Source: a virus. Taken from it: 64,000 nt of DNA. The stretch covers positions 32,001 to 96,000 of the IMG/VR virus record IMGVR_UViG_3300043411_001114; one strand, written 5' to 3'. The translations under genes and the position numbers were made by a program. Below the pieces are notes generated by a model. It saw only the letters and a list, made by a program, of their open reading frames with translations. It did no database searches and was not told the DNA's origin. How positions within the stretch are numbered: position 1 is the stretch's first letter; every line of letters begins with the position of its first letter. Of the stretch, positions 19,572 through 29,734 are shown in pieces.

Positions 19572-22500
19572 ATGGCCGGTAAAACCGACTACTTTTATGA
19601 CTTTCACTACCCACTGCCGTTTGTTGAGTTGATCCTCAAACTGCTCGGCAAAAAGCAGGACGGCACCACGCAACTCACCGACACGGCGAACCGGGAATGG
19701 TTCTCCCAGCCCCGGCTGTCGTCCAGCGGCCAGACCGACTGCATCACGGTGAACTTCCGACTCCCGCTCTCGGTCAGCGAGATCAGCACCGAAATACTGC
19801 GGATGCCGTGCCTGGTGGAACTGTGGTACCAGGATCGCTCCAACAACTGGCGTCCCATCCTGGACACCCAGCGGACCCCGCTGAAAGTCAATGTCTCCCG
19901 GTCGGACACCGCGTCGTGGTACAAGTATTTCTCGAAGTGCTACCCGATTGTGGCGAAGAAGGTGCAGTTCCGCATCACCCGCACCAACGATCCTGCAGTG
20001 GACGGGATCCCGTACCCGGTGGGGATGCGCAATACCCTGATCCGGCGCAACGTCTATGACCGCGACTCGGGCGGCTCGTTCGAGGACGAGGTCGACATCA
20101 TGGGCAACGTGGTGTCGAAGTACATCAAGGACTGGGATGCCCAGCGGGCCGCCGACGACAACTACCTGACCTTCTGGCGGTCGGCACCACAGCCCGACCC
20201 TGCAGCGGTGGTGAGCCTCTATCTCGACGTCCGCGACGAGGAGGGTCGACCGCAGGTCATCGACAAAATCTATCTCGATCCTGTCTACAGCGGTCAGCAC
20301 CTGAACCTGTACTACAGCATCGACGGCCTGGTGGGCACACGATTCCTGTCACCCATCACGCTCGGGCCTGCGACGGGAACCGAGGAAGACCCGACGGTGT
20401 CGGGCATGGAGTGGCGTTCGGGGCAGGGTCTCCGGGATTCGTTGGACGTCGAGGACACCGACTCATCGTTCTACACCTGGCCGCTGTCGATCGGCCCCCT
20501 GCCCACCCAGGACGGCTGGATCGGGGTCGAGTGGCGACCCAATTTCGAGTCGGCCAACGTCGAACTGAACCACAACCCGATTCTGTTCCAGGCCGAACAG
20601 GTTTCCGGCAAATTCAAGCCGACCCTGCTTTACGACCCCGAGAACCGGACTTTCGAACTGGTGCTCGGAACCGGGCACGTCTACACCAGTTCGGCGATCA
20701 GTCAGGAGTTCGTCGTCGGCGACTCGCTGCGCATCGTCGCCGGATGGCGGTATGTGTCGGGTGGTGACGATGTGGTGGTCATCAAAGTCACCGACCAGCG
20801 GGGCCGAGTCCTGGCGAGCCTGAGCGAGGACACCGAACTGCCGGAGATCATCGGATTCGATGGCACCTGTCGGGTGGCGGACTTCCGAGGAATCCTGCCC
20901 AACCTCATTGTGAAGCTGGAGAACCCGGAACTCTCGTCGGAGAACTTTCTCAAAAACCCTCTCTACTACGTCGATCCCGACCCGGTGATTGTCGATGAGT
21001 CTGGTTCGCGCCCGGTGACGTCACTCAACAACGCCATCTACGCCGCGCCGTTCGTCGCCCGCGAGCACGGCTCTGGCGGCTCGGACTCCAGTCATTTCGA
21101 GGACAAGGAATGGACCCCGATCTGGCGCGACTACACCGCCGTGCGGGGGATGCTGCACCTGCCCAAGCCGGTCTCGATGAGCTACCTCAAACTGGAGTTC
21201 ACCAACCTGACAGAACAGCCCTACCCGATCTACGAGGCCGGAATCGAGACCTCCTACAAGGTCTTCCCGATCCAGGTCACCCAGCAGTCGTCAATCGGGC
21301 CGAAGCTCTACACCGGCGGCGGCGGCTTCCTCGGCATGGGGACATTCATCTCGATGAACGGCACCCGGTCGGTGAACTGGCTCGACCCGGTGTCGGTCAT
21401 GCAGGCGGTGGGCAGCGTTCTCGGCCCCCAGACGCCACCGGTGATCATCAGCACCGCCACCCCCTACATCGTTGACCGGCTGCCCAACAATGGGACGCAG
21501 GCCGTCGAGGAACAGACCCGGATCGAGGCCGCCTCGGCCTACGTCTACCCGAGGGAGGCCCTCAACCCCTACATTCTGGCCCAGGACCAGTACAACACCA
21601 CCATCAAAGCCGAGGGTCTGCAGGCCATCCAGCCCTACGTCGACGTCCCGTGGGAGGCTATCGAGGCCGCCAATCCCGGTTCTGTCACCAAGGTTCGGTC
21701 GACCGGCACCGTGCCGATCCGGGGCACCGACTGGTGGATTTATCCCGGCCAGCAGATCAAGGTCCCGGCGTCGGTGATGACCAAACTGACGTCGACCGAG
21801 ACTGTCACCGAGCGCAAACTGACACTGGAGAACCGAACCCGGTTCAACACCACGTCGGTACACCGCTACGAGACCAGGACGGTCAAGAGGGATGCGGCGA
21901 TCGCGTACTTCGCCGGGGTCCGGGAGGTTCAGCCCTACACCTCGACCTACATCACCGGCGAGGATCGGCCTTACTTCGAGTTCCCGAGCTACGACGCGAC
22001 CCAGTGGACTTACGTCGAGGAGAACGCCCAGAAGTCCCCTCAAGGCCCCATCTCTGCCCGCTACCCGAACATTCCCCTGATCATCAGCAAACACTTCGAG
22101 ACCCAGTCCGAGTTCGTCAAGGTCTCTATGGAATTTCAGGATTCGGGTTTGCTGAGGTCGAACTCGATGTGGGCCGACATCGACCAGGCGGTGGCCGGGA
22201 TCGAGGACACCAGACTCTCGCCCTACGTCAACACCGTCCCGGCCAACATCCCGGGCGGCAACTGGGCCGACGACCGTGCGGTCTGGCTCGACCCGGGAAC
22301 GGTCTGGGGCGCGGTGCGTGGCCTGGTCTCGATCAATGTCGACAGCGACCGGCGTTACCAGGGCCGTCGGGTGCTGCACTTCACCCGGGCCGCCGGGTCT
22401 GGTGAGGCCGGTATCAGCCTCGATCAGTGGACTAATTTCGTCCCTGGTGCGCAGTTCCGGATGGGGGCCGTCTTCTATCGCCCGAACAATACCGACAACG

Positions 22501-23363
22501 AACTGGTGATGACCCTGACCCGCTCGGACGGGGTGGAGATTCACCGTGAGGTGCTCGACTACGCCCCGGTCGGACGGTGGTTCGAGCGCACCACCCAGTT
22601 CGTCGAGATACCCGAGACCTTGCCCAACAACACCTTCGACAGCGGGCTGCTCGGCTGGGTGCCACTGGGCGGCTCCTGGGCCGCCGAGACGGCGGTGGGC
22701 CGGTCGGGCACTAAATCCGCCCGGCTGACCACAAACGGCACCCTGTCCAGCCTGACCTCGTCTCGCATGCAGTCGCTGACCGATACGGTGGTCACCGCCT
22801 CGGCCTGGGTCCGGTGGCAGGACTTGACCCCCGGCACCGACCTGATCTACCTACAGGTGCTGATGTACGACAACGACGACGAGTTGGTGGCCACCCACAC
22901 CCTGGAGAACAAAATCTCTCCGGCGCAGGCGACCATGACGTCGTGGGTACCGGTGTCGGGTTCGGTGACGGTTCCCGACGATCAGGGTGTCACCCAGGTG
23001 GCGTTCCGCATCCTGGTGGCGGTGGCGGCTGGCACGGGTGGCAAGGTCTGGGTCGATGACTTTGCCACCGACGTACCCGGAGCGCCCCGGCAGCAGTTCA
23101 CCGCCGCGCTGACGGTGGTGGGCGACGAGGAAGAGAGCCTGTACGTCTCCGACCTCTACACCGAGGTCACTCCGGTGCGGTATTTCGCCCGGCTGGGGAC
23201 GGCACCGGAAGACCTCATCGAGGTCACCGACCTGCGCTACACCAAGGGGGTGGCCACCGTGACCACCAGCCAGCCGGTGAACACCCTGGACGTCCAGGCG
23301 GTCATCAACAGCCCACGAGCCTGGGCTTTCGGCTGCAAAATAACTCCCGCCTACTTAAAATGA
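19572..23363 (+). CDS. Large minor tail / baseplate protein with carbohydrate-binding-like domains
   Basis: 1263 aa, beta-rich; LPNNTFDSGLLGW...VWVDDF module; end of structural operon. Confidence 0.7.
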   Translation: MAGKTDYFYDFHYPLPFVELILKLLGKKQDGTTQLTDTANREWFSQPRLSSSGQTDCITVNFRLPLSVSEISTEILRMPCLVELWYQDRSNNWRPILDTQRTPLKVNVSRSDTASWYKYFSKCYPIVAKKVQFRITRTNDPAVDGIPYPVGMRNTLIRRNVYDRDSGGSFEDEVDIMGNVVSKYIKDWDAQRAADDNYLTFWRSAPQPDPAAVVSLYLDVRDEEGRPQVIDKIYLDPVYSGQHLNLYYSIDGLVGTRFLSPITLGPATGTEEDPTVSGMEWRSGQGLRDSLDVEDTDSSFYTWPLSIGPLPTQDGWIGVEWRPNFESANVELNHNPILFQAEQVSGKFKPTLLYDPENRTFELVLGTGHVYTSSAISQEFVVGDSLRIVAGWRYVSGGDDVVVIKVTDQRGRVLASLSEDTELPEIIGFDGTCRVADFRGILPNLIVKLENPELSSENFLKNPLYYVDPDPVIVDESGSRPVTSLNNAIYAAPFVAREHGSGGSDSSHFEDKEWTPIWRDYTAVRGMLHLPKPVSMSYLKLEFTNLTEQPYPIYEAGIETSYKVFPIQVTQQSSIGPKLYTGGGGFLGMGTFISMNGTRSVNWLDPVSVMQAVGSVLGPQTPPVIISTATPYIVDRLPNNGTQAVEEQTRIEAASAYVYPREALNPYILAQDQYNTTIKAEGLQAIQPYVDVPWEAIEAANPGSVTKVRSTGTVPIRGTDWWIYPGQQIKVPASVMTKLTSTETVTERKLTLENRTRFNTTSVHRYETRTVKRDAAIAYFAGVREVQPYTSTYITGEDRPYFEFPSYDATQWTYVEENAQKSPQGPISARYPNIPLIISKHFETQSEFVKVSMEFQDSGLLRSNSMWADIDQAVAGIEDTRLSPYVNTVPANIPGGNWADDRAVWLDPGTVWGAVRGLVSINVDSDRRYQGRRVLHFTRAAGSGEAGISLDQWTNFVPGAQFRMGAVFYRPNNTDNELVMTLTRSDGVEIHREVLDYAPVGRWFERTTQFVEIPETLPNNTFDSGLLGWVPLGGSWAAETAVGRSGTKSARLTTNGTLSSLTSSRMQSLTDTVVTASAWVRWQDLTPGTDLIYLQVLMYDNDDELVATHTLENKISPAQATMTSWVPVSGSVTVPDDQGVTQVAFRILVAVAAGTGGKVWVDDFATDVPGAPRQQFTAALTVVGDEEESLYVSDLYTEVTPVRYFARLGTAPEDLIEVTDLRYTKGVATVTTSQPVNTLDVQAVINSPRAWAFGCKITPAYLK

Positions 23364-23412
23364 TGCTATAATTACGGGACACCACCACCACCCCCGTCAG
23401 GAGATCATCATC
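23363..23412 (+). promoter_or_regulatory. Extended -10 promoter with CAC-repeat leader
   Basis: TGcTATAAT at 23364-23372, then GGACACCACCACC and AGGAG; 25/27 identical to 56272-56298. Confidence 0.7.
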
Positions 23413-23598
23413 ATGCCCGACACCAAGACCGTCATCGTCATGCCGACCCGCAAGATGTCCAAGGAGCAGCTCGCCGAGCAGGCCCACTTCGCGCGCCGGG
23501 CCGGTGCGGACGTCAACCGTGCCCGTCAGGCCCGCAAGGGGTTCGCCAAGGGCGGCCGGGCCGGTGGACGGCGTGCGGCGATCGCTTCGTTTGGGTGA
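23413..23598 (+). CDS. Small basic hypothetical protein
   Basis: Own promoter and RBS. Confidence 0.65.
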   Translation: MPDTKTVIVMPTRKMSKEQLAEQAHFARRAGADVNRARQARKGFAKGGRAGGRRAAIASFG

Positions 23599-23673
23599 AA
23601 CCCCTGGATAACGCCTCCAAACCCACCTGAATAGGTGGAACGGCACCGGCCGCCGAACGGAGGTTTCCTCTCA

Positions 23674-23937
23674 GTGAGTCTGGCAGACCATTACGATCAA
23701 GCCAACAAGCAGGAACCCAAGCCGCGCGTCTGCAAGGTGTGTGACTGGTATCGGACTTTAGAGTCTCGGGACAGGATTTTCTTCGACGAAAAGGCCGAGG
23801 AAGCACTGTCCGGCCGGGGGAGCATGCAGCAACTCCGGCGCGCAATATTATCCACCGGTTTCTACGCGGCCCGTTCGACCTTCCAGGTCCACCTGAACGA
23901 GCACCATCGGGAACTGCTGCAGGAACTGCGGTCATGA
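23674..23937 (+). CDS. Hypothetical protein (CxxC...H, possible Zn-binding/HTH)
   Basis: GGAGG RBS before GTG 23674; ATGA overlap with the next gene. Confidence 0.6.
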   Translation: MSLADHYDQANKQEPKPRVCKVCDWYRTLESRDRIFFDEKAEEALSGRGSMQQLRRAILSTGFYAARSTFQVHLNEHHRELLQELRS

Positions 23938-25115
23938 GCCTGGAAGATCACTACAACGACCTGGAGCCATCCGGCGACGAGGCCGAAGAACACCCCTGGC
24001 GGGCCGACTGGGAGGGTGCTGAGGGCACCATCCAGACCGGTGCCCTGCCCGACGACTTCGATCCCCACGACTTTTCTGCCGTCCTGCACCGTCTCGGGTA
24101 CTCACCCGACGAGGTGAAAATGGAACTCGTCTCGGCCTCCCGCTGGGAGCAGCGCACCGCCGTCCGGGACGACGAGGGCCGCAAGACCGGCGAGATGGCG
24201 TCAACCTACCTCAACGCCTACAAATACAAGGCGGTGCGTAACGCGCTGTGCGTCCCCCTCCCGGCCCTGTACGCCGAGGTCAAGGCGTCCAAGCCGACTA
24301 AGAATGCCCCGTCCCCCACCGGACGCACGGCGGTGGTGGTGTTCGGCGACCTCCAGTGCGGCAAAGTCGATCACCTCGGTGGCCTAACCGAGATGCTGCA
24401 CCGGCTGGACGAAAAACGAGCGGCACTGAAAAAGTACCTCAAATCGGCCAAGGTGGAGTCGGTGATTATCGCCGACGTCGGCGACATCGTGGAGGGCTTC
24501 GAGAACATCCCGGCGCAGACCAGAACCAACTGCCTGTCGCTAATGGATCAGGTCGACGTCGCCGCCACCGAATTATGGAAGACGATCCGGGTCGCCGAGA
24601 AGTTCGGGCCGGTCGACGTCCTGTCGGTGCCGAGCAACCATGCCCAGTGGAGACGTGGGAAGAGCCTGGTCGGCAAACCGACCGACGACTGGGGGCTGCA
24701 CATCAATCAGCGCCTGGAAAGGCTCAATGAGGAAGCCGGTCTGCGGGTCGCCTTCCACCGCCCTCCAGACTGGGAAGAGACCCTGTCCTTCGAGGTTCAA
24801 GGAATCACGCTCGGGATGGCCCACGGCCACCAGGCCAACAGCCCCGACCGGGTCAAGGACTGGTGGGCGAAGATGACCCACGGCGGGGTGCTGGACTGCC
24901 AGATTCTGCTGACCGGCCACTATCACTTTCCCAGCCTCCGACCCAGCGGACGGGACGCCAAGACCGGACGCACCCGATGGCACATCCAGGCCTCCACCCT
25001 GGACAACGGTTCGGCCTGGGTGCGCAACAAGATGGGCGAGGATGGGGACCCGGCCATGACCGTTTTCGTCGTCGACCAGACCGGCTTCGACGTCCAGTCA
25101 TTCAGTTTGCTGTGA
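23934..25115 (+). CDS. Calcineurin-like metallophosphoesterase (Mre11/SbcD-like)
   Basis: GDLQ, GDIVEG, SNH, HGH, GHYH motifs. Confidence 0.85.
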   Translation: MSLEDHYNDLEPSGDEAEEHPWRADWEGAEGTIQTGALPDDFDPHDFSAVLHRLGYSPDEVKMELVSASRWEQRTAVRDDEGRKTGEMASTYLNAYKYKAVRNALCVPLPALYAEVKASKPTKNAPSPTGRTAVVVFGDLQCGKVDHLGGLTEMLHRLDEKRAALKKYLKSAKVESVIIADVGDIVEGFENIPAQTRTNCLSLMDQVDVAATELWKTIRVAEKFGPVDVLSVPSNHAQWRRGKSLVGKPTDDWGLHINQRLERLNEEAGLRVAFHRPPDWEETLSFEVQGITLGMAHGHQANSPDRVKDWWAKMTHGGVLDCQILLTGHYHFPSLRPSGRDAKTGRTRWHIQASTLDNGSAWVRNKMGEDGDPAMTVFVVDQTGFDVQSFSLL

Positions 25116-25128
25116 GAGAGGAATCGCT

Positions 25129-25428
25129 GTGAAAATTTGGGTCATCAAAATGTTTGGCCGCAAAGTTCTGGAAATAGAATCCAGGGAGGAAGTCACCGTC
25201 GACGACGTGGTGCGCAGGATGGTGGCCGCCACCGTCGGGATCGTCGTGGACGACGAGTGCGACTGCGAAGAGGACTACCGGGGGATCATCGAGGGGTTGA
25301 TCCCCTGCGAGTCGTGCGGCGAGATGTTCCTCCCCGACGATGAGGAAGCGGTGGACGCCGAGTTCGCCAACCTCACCGAGAGACTGATCTGGGGTCCCTC
25401 CCCGGAGGAAGAACCGGAAGAGGAGTAG
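25129..25428 (+). CDS. Acidic hypothetical protein
   Basis: GAGG RBS, CxxC. Confidence 0.55.
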   Translation: MKIWVIKMFGRKVLEIESREEVTVDDVVRRMVAATVGIVVDDECDCEEDYRGIIEGLIPCESCGEMFLPDDEEAVDAEFANLTERLIWGPSPEEEPEEE

Positions 25429-26293
25429 CGTCGTCGGTAATTACCGGCTCGCGCTTGGTGGTGAGCAGGACACGCAACTTGTGCAACCCCTTCATGGTCA
25501 CACGAACCTGCGGGGTGCCCAGATAGTAAACACCATCAGACCTATCGAAGTATCGTTCACCGATTTTTTCGGTCAGCCGACCGGCCTCAATTTGAGATTG
25601 ATAGGGTCGCCAGTGAGACCGAGACCCCCTGGTTCGATAAATCCATCCCTGCTGTCCCATGAATTTGAACAATCGGTTGGCACCGATTTTGATGCCATAG
25701 TCGTTGTGAAGAATCGCCGAAACATCTGCGACAGCAAATGTCCCCCTAGCGTCTGCTAGGGCGAGCCAGCTTTCCGCGACCGGCTCAATGAGCTTCACAT
25801 ACTCCTGAGTGTCCTGGTGGTTTCGCTTTTCGTCGTCCAGCGCGTCCTGGGTGGCAATCAGCGCCGAGGCCAGCGCATCGGCACGGCGGGCCAGAAGCTG
25901 GGTCTGCAGCGCCAACTCGCGGGCGTCGGACGGCTCGTCCGGGGTGTGGCGCTGCTGCAGTTCTTCGCGCATCCGCCGGAAGGCCTGGATCAACTGGACC
26001 TTGAAGTCGACCACGGCCTCGTTGTTGCGCATGAAGGTCAACAGCAGGCTGGCCTGGTACTCGTTGAGCACGGCGTAGGTCTCGGGACGCCCCGGACCTG
26101 CGGTTATTTTTGCGATCTCAAATCGCAAAACGCCAAACTCCTCGAATTTGGCCTGATGGGTGCGAACCAGGCGAAAAACAGAACGGTGATCGGAGTTGGT
26201 GCCCTGGGCGATCACCAGGGTCGTGGTGACGGGATCGCCGCCGTCAGCGGTTACCAGACCAACGGTGGTGTTGGTATGCTCAAGTTCTGGCAT
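25373..26293 (-). CDS. Rha-family / KilAC (ANT) antirepressor
   Basis: Rha-like N-terminus (LNEYQASLLLTFMRNN..VVDFKVQLI), C-terminal GANRLF..PYQ..VRVTMKG; likely start ATG 26293 with GGAG RBS. Confidence 0.85.
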   Translation of the reverse strand: MPELEHTNTTVGLVTADGGDPVTTTLVIAQGTNSDHRSVFRLVRTHQAKFEEFGVLRFEIAKITAGPGRPETYAVLNEYQASLLLTFMRNNEAVVDFKVQLIQAFRRMREELQQRHTPDEPSDARELALQTQLLARRADALASALIATQDALDDEKRNHQDTQEYVKLIEPVAESWLALADARGTFAVADVSAILHNDYGIKIGANRLFKFMGQQGWIYRTRGSRSHWRPYQSQIEAGRLTEKIGERYFDRSDGVYYLGTPQVRVTMKGLHKLRVLLTTKREPVITDDATPLPVLPPGRDPRSVSR

Positions 26294-26319
26294 GAGGACT
26301 CCGATTCCTTTTGTCGGAC

Positions 26320-26347
26320 GACCCCCGTCCCTGAACAGGCGGGGGTC
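26320..26347 (-). terminator. Hairpin between helicase and antirepressor
   Basis: GACCCCCG...CGGGGGTC inverted repeat right after the helicase stop. Confidence 0.4.
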
Positions 26348-26349
26348 AT

Positions 26350-29280
26350 TTATTTGGCCTCCCCGAACAGCAGCCATTCGAGATTCTTGGCCTCATCCGG
26401 GGTCTTAGAAGAACTATAGCTCAATTCCTCGCTGGTCCCCTGTACTGCGGCGGCCAGCGCGCGGCGCTCGTTGCATATCTGCCATATCCGTTCCTCCACC
26501 GAGTCCTCGGTGATGAGAACGTAGGCGGTCAAACCGTCCAGGTGGGAGTCTGTGCGGTCGATGCGGGCATTGCGCTGGGCCAGGTCGTCGTAGGAGTAGG
26601 TGGGGTCGACGCTGATGACATACCGGGCCTCCTGCAGGTTCAAGCCGTAGGTTCCCGCATCGGAGGAGCAGAAGGCGGTGATGTCGGGATCGGCCTTGAA
26701 GCGATCCTGAGCGGCCTGGGACTCCGCTGCGGACTGTCCGGTGGCGTAGTGCAGAACGTGCGGCACCGTTAGATGTGGGGCCAGCGGGAGCAGTCCCAGT
26801 TCCGTCCAGTGGCAGAAGACCACCGCCTTGTCCTGAGCCTCCCGGACACCCTCCAGCATCCCGTTGAGGACCTCGATCTTCCCCGAGTGGGTGGCATCGA
26901 ACAGGTCGGGCCGTTGGGCGAGAATGTCGGCGGCGACCTCGCTCTTCGAGTTGAGCAGCGCCGCCGGGTTGATGCAGGCGATCCGGGCCGCCAGGTAGTG
27001 GTGGGCGAGACTCTCGCCCTTATCCCGGGCCTGACGGGCGCTGTCGAGGATCAGGCCGAGCAACTGCTCGGTGCCCGGAGTGGCCTGGACGTACATCGGG
27101 ATGGTCTCGATGCCCCGGAACTGCTCCTGCACCCCGGGGTCGGTCTTGCGGACAGCCATCGTCCAGTCGCCGACCCGGTGCCGTATCTCCTGCAGTTTGA
27201 CGAGGTTCCAGTCGTAGGTGACGAACCCGAAGGATCGACCGGTTCGGGTCTTCATCGGGACATTGCGAACCCGGTCGGCGTAGCGCTGAATAAAGTCGGT
27301 CTTGGTCGATAGCGGGTTGTGCCCCTCCTGGCCGTCGAGGGAGAAGACGTCCCGGTACCGCAGCGGGTTGCCTCCGACCACGGTGGCACTCATCGGCCAC
27401 ACAATGGCATGACAGGCCCTCACCATCCTGTCGAGCGCCTGGCGGGCCTTGTTGGGGGTCGAGTCGGTGATCAGCTTGGAAGCCTCGTCAAGCACCCACA
27501 AGACCCGCTTCCCGGCAATCAGGGTGATCAAGTCTTCCTCGTCGTGCCAGAGTTTCTCGTAGTTCATGACGTAGACCTGGTGACCGGCGGCGTACATCTT
27601 GCGGCGCTTGGCCTTGGTGCCGTCAGTGACCACCGCGTCCAGCCCGGCCGGGGCCTGGAAGGTGCGGCAGAGGTTGATTTTGAGTTTGGACAGCGTGCAG
27701 GCGATGACCAGGTCGACGTCGTCGTGATTGAACAACTCCAGGGCACCGGCCCCTGAGCAATGGCTATTGTGAGTGACATTATGTCCCCGAGTAACGTAAA
27801 GATTGTTCTGAGCGGCTACGGTGATGCACACCTGTTCCTCAGACATACCTTCATCGAAGACGTTGGAAATGATTTTGTTCGGAATCTGACGCTGCACGGG
27901 CGGACAGTAGGCTTGGGCTTTGCGTGATAGCCGGAACGGCATGACGTCAGGCGGAAATACGATGCTGACACGCCAAGATTGACGACCAGGAATACGATCA
28001 CCGTTTTTGTCGGTGTACTTGGTGATTCTTCCCGAGGAAATGGTGGCTCTGCCCCGCAGGCCACGAACAAGATCAGCCACCTGATCCCGAAGAGCCTCAC
28101 TGGTGGTGGAAAACTCCACTCCAGTCTTTCCTGAGTAGGCATGGCCATCGGTGTCCAGAAGTCCCTGGAGTAGGGCTAATCTCTCAGCAGCAGAAGATCG
28201 TAAATAGTTCTCGGGAACATGTTTCTCGTAAGAGAATTGTCCCCAAAGACCCATGTCCTTCAAAACACGCCTGATCGAAGCCGGAACCATGGCGACTGCA
28301 GTGTGTTCGGTTTCCGTCGCCGTCACACGATTCCATCCGAACTGATCAATAATTTCTTTATCGGTGTGAATACTGTCAGCTCGGAAACACCCATCTCCAA
28401 GAAGAACCCCGAGCATGTAGGGGGGTAGTGGCAAGGATTCTGGAAGCGGCGAAAAATGAACTGTCTCAAGCGCCGGAATCTGCCAGCGATGCTTTCCCCG
28501 TTCGGGCAGGTTGACCATGATTTCTTTGGTGGTGAGAGTTTTCCAAGGAGCCTCTTCGATACGCTCTTTTCTGGTCGGGTCACTGAGGGAAGGACCACGA
28601 CGTCGGGTGCTGGATTTTCGTACATTCCAGAGGTGATCTCCGTCGCATCTGACGAAAGTCTTGTCGTTGAACTCGACGCGATAAACAGAACGCACACCCT
28701 GAGGGTGTACTGCAATCACCGAAGTGGCCATGCCGTCTGAGCCAATAACCTGATCGCCGGGCCGCAAATCCCCCATGGTGCGCCATCCTGTCGGGGTGAG
28801 CACAGGCTCACTGACGGGTTCCGCCTTCCCGGACCCGGCCGCCCAATTCCAGAACCAGAACCTGTCGGTGTTTGTCTGACCGTTCCTGGCCCGCTCCAGC
28901 GCCCGGTTCATACTGAACGTCTGGAACGGCTTGAGGGTGTAGCCCTCGATGTCCAGCGGGGCGTTCCAGCGGGCCACGTCCTCCCGGACGGCCTGCGCCG
29001 AGGGTGTCCAGACGGGATGGTAGCCGTCCTTTTCGAGCGCCTCGATGAACTGGTCGGCCAGGTGCAGGCCGTTGAGGATGAGATACCGGCTCACCCAGTC
29101 CTTGTGCCGTTCCAGGAACAGCCCACGGCTGGTCTCGTCCAGCGGTTCGAACGACAGGTTGTCGGGATAGTCGGGATGCTGGTCGACCAGGATGATGCGC
29201 GATTCGGGGACACCGGAGTCGAGTAGGGCGATCACGTCCCTCTCGGTGGCATCGAGGGTCACGGTGTCCTGGTCGGTCAT
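26350..29280 (-). CDS. SNF2-like helicase containing an intein
   Basis: AGSGK|S Walker A, LDEA, SAT, GTYGLNLQEA, QRNARIDR. Confidence 0.9.
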   Translation of the reverse strand: MTDQDTVTLDATERDVIALLDSGVPESRIILVDQHPDYPDNLSFEPLDETSRGLFLERHKDWVSRYLILNGLHLADQFIEALEKDGYHPVWTPSAQAVREDVARWNAPLDIEGYTLKPFQTFSMNRALERARNGQTNTDRFWFWNWAAGSGKAEPVSEPVLTPTGWRTMGDLRPGDQVIGSDGMATSVIAVHPQGVRSVYRVEFNDKTFVRCDGDHLWNVRKSSTRRRGPSLSDPTRKERIEEAPWKTLTTKEIMVNLPERGKHRWQIPALETVHFSPLPESLPLPPYMLGVLLGDGCFRADSIHTDKEIIDQFGWNRVTATETEHTAVAMVPASIRRVLKDMGLWGQFSYEKHVPENYLRSSAAERLALLQGLLDTDGHAYSGKTGVEFSTTSEALRDQVADLVRGLRGRATISSGRITKYTDKNGDRIPGRQSWRVSIVFPPDVMPFRLSRKAQAYCPPVQRQIPNKIISNVFDEGMSEEQVCITVAAQNNLYVTRGHNVTHNSHCSGAGALELFNHDDVDLVIACTLSKLKINLCRTFQAPAGLDAVVTDGTKAKRRKMYAAGHQVYVMNYEKLWHDEEDLITLIAGKRVLWVLDEASKLITDSTPNKARQALDRMVRACHAIVWPMSATVVGGNPLRYRDVFSLDGQEGHNPLSTKTDFIQRYADRVRNVPMKTRTGRSFGFVTYDWNLVKLQEIRHRVGDWTMAVRKTDPGVQEQFRGIETIPMYVQATPGTEQLLGLILDSARQARDKGESLAHHYLAARIACINPAALLNSKSEVAADILAQRPDLFDATHSGKIEVLNGMLEGVREAQDKAVVFCHWTELGLLPLAPHLTVPHVLHYATGQSAAESQAAQDRFKADPDITAFCSSDAGTYGLNLQEARYVISVDPTYSYDDLAQRNARIDRTDSHLDGLTAYVLITEDSVEERIWQICNERRALAAAVQGTSEELSYSSSKTPDEAKNLEWLLFGEAK
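27766..28824 (-). mobile_element. Class 3 intein (353 aa) with LAGLIDADG endonuclease
   Basis: GK|AEPVSEPVLTPTG (Ala1); DHLW, VCITV and VTHN|S give the W-C-T triplet; LGVLLGDG and LQGLLDTDG. Confidence 0.92.
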
Positions 29281-29310
29281 CCTGCGATTTTACCCTGCCA
29301 CCAGGGTGTT

Positions 29311-29340
29311 TTGCAGATTCTCAGACAGTGGTGGTACAAA
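29311..29340 (+). promoter_or_regulatory. Putative SigA-type promoter
   Basis: TTGCAG-18-TACAAA with TGn extension, at the divergence point. Confidence 0.45.
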
Positions 29341-29344
29341 TTAC

Positions 29345-29720
29345 GAAAATCCCTCGAACATAAGGAGACACCACCCCGGCGTTATGCGGACGAGTCCGCC
29401 GGGTTACCAAACCAACCGTTTCCTGCTGCTACCTGGCACCTAATACGTCCTCGTAGTTGTGCTCACTCCCCAAACGCTCGGACAGGCGGGCTACCTGATC
29501 TGTGGGTCGCGAACCCGGTGATGGTCGGATCGAAGCCCCTTGGCCAGAAGAGGTCAAGGGGCCAGACGTGGTGCGGGACAATCGGTGAGCGGTCAATGGG
29601 AGGTCATGGCCCTGGGAGGTCCCAGAGGGCATGGGTTACTTGTGTCCTCTTCCTCCGAGGAATAACTGCAGGTCTGGAACACCACCAATACAGACTGAAG
29701 ACTTTCAAACTACTTTTGAG
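29345..29720 (+). ncRNA. Candidate structured non-coding RNA or long leader
   Basis: ~450-nt gap with no convincing CDS and several hairpins (29535-29562, 29605-29633). Confidence 0.3.
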
Positions 29721-29734
29721 CTACCCTGTAGGGC

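Noticed and set aside
29345-29720. tmRNA or tRNA
   Set aside because: No acceptor stem, T-arm (TTCRA) or credible tag reading frame, despite a CACCA tract.
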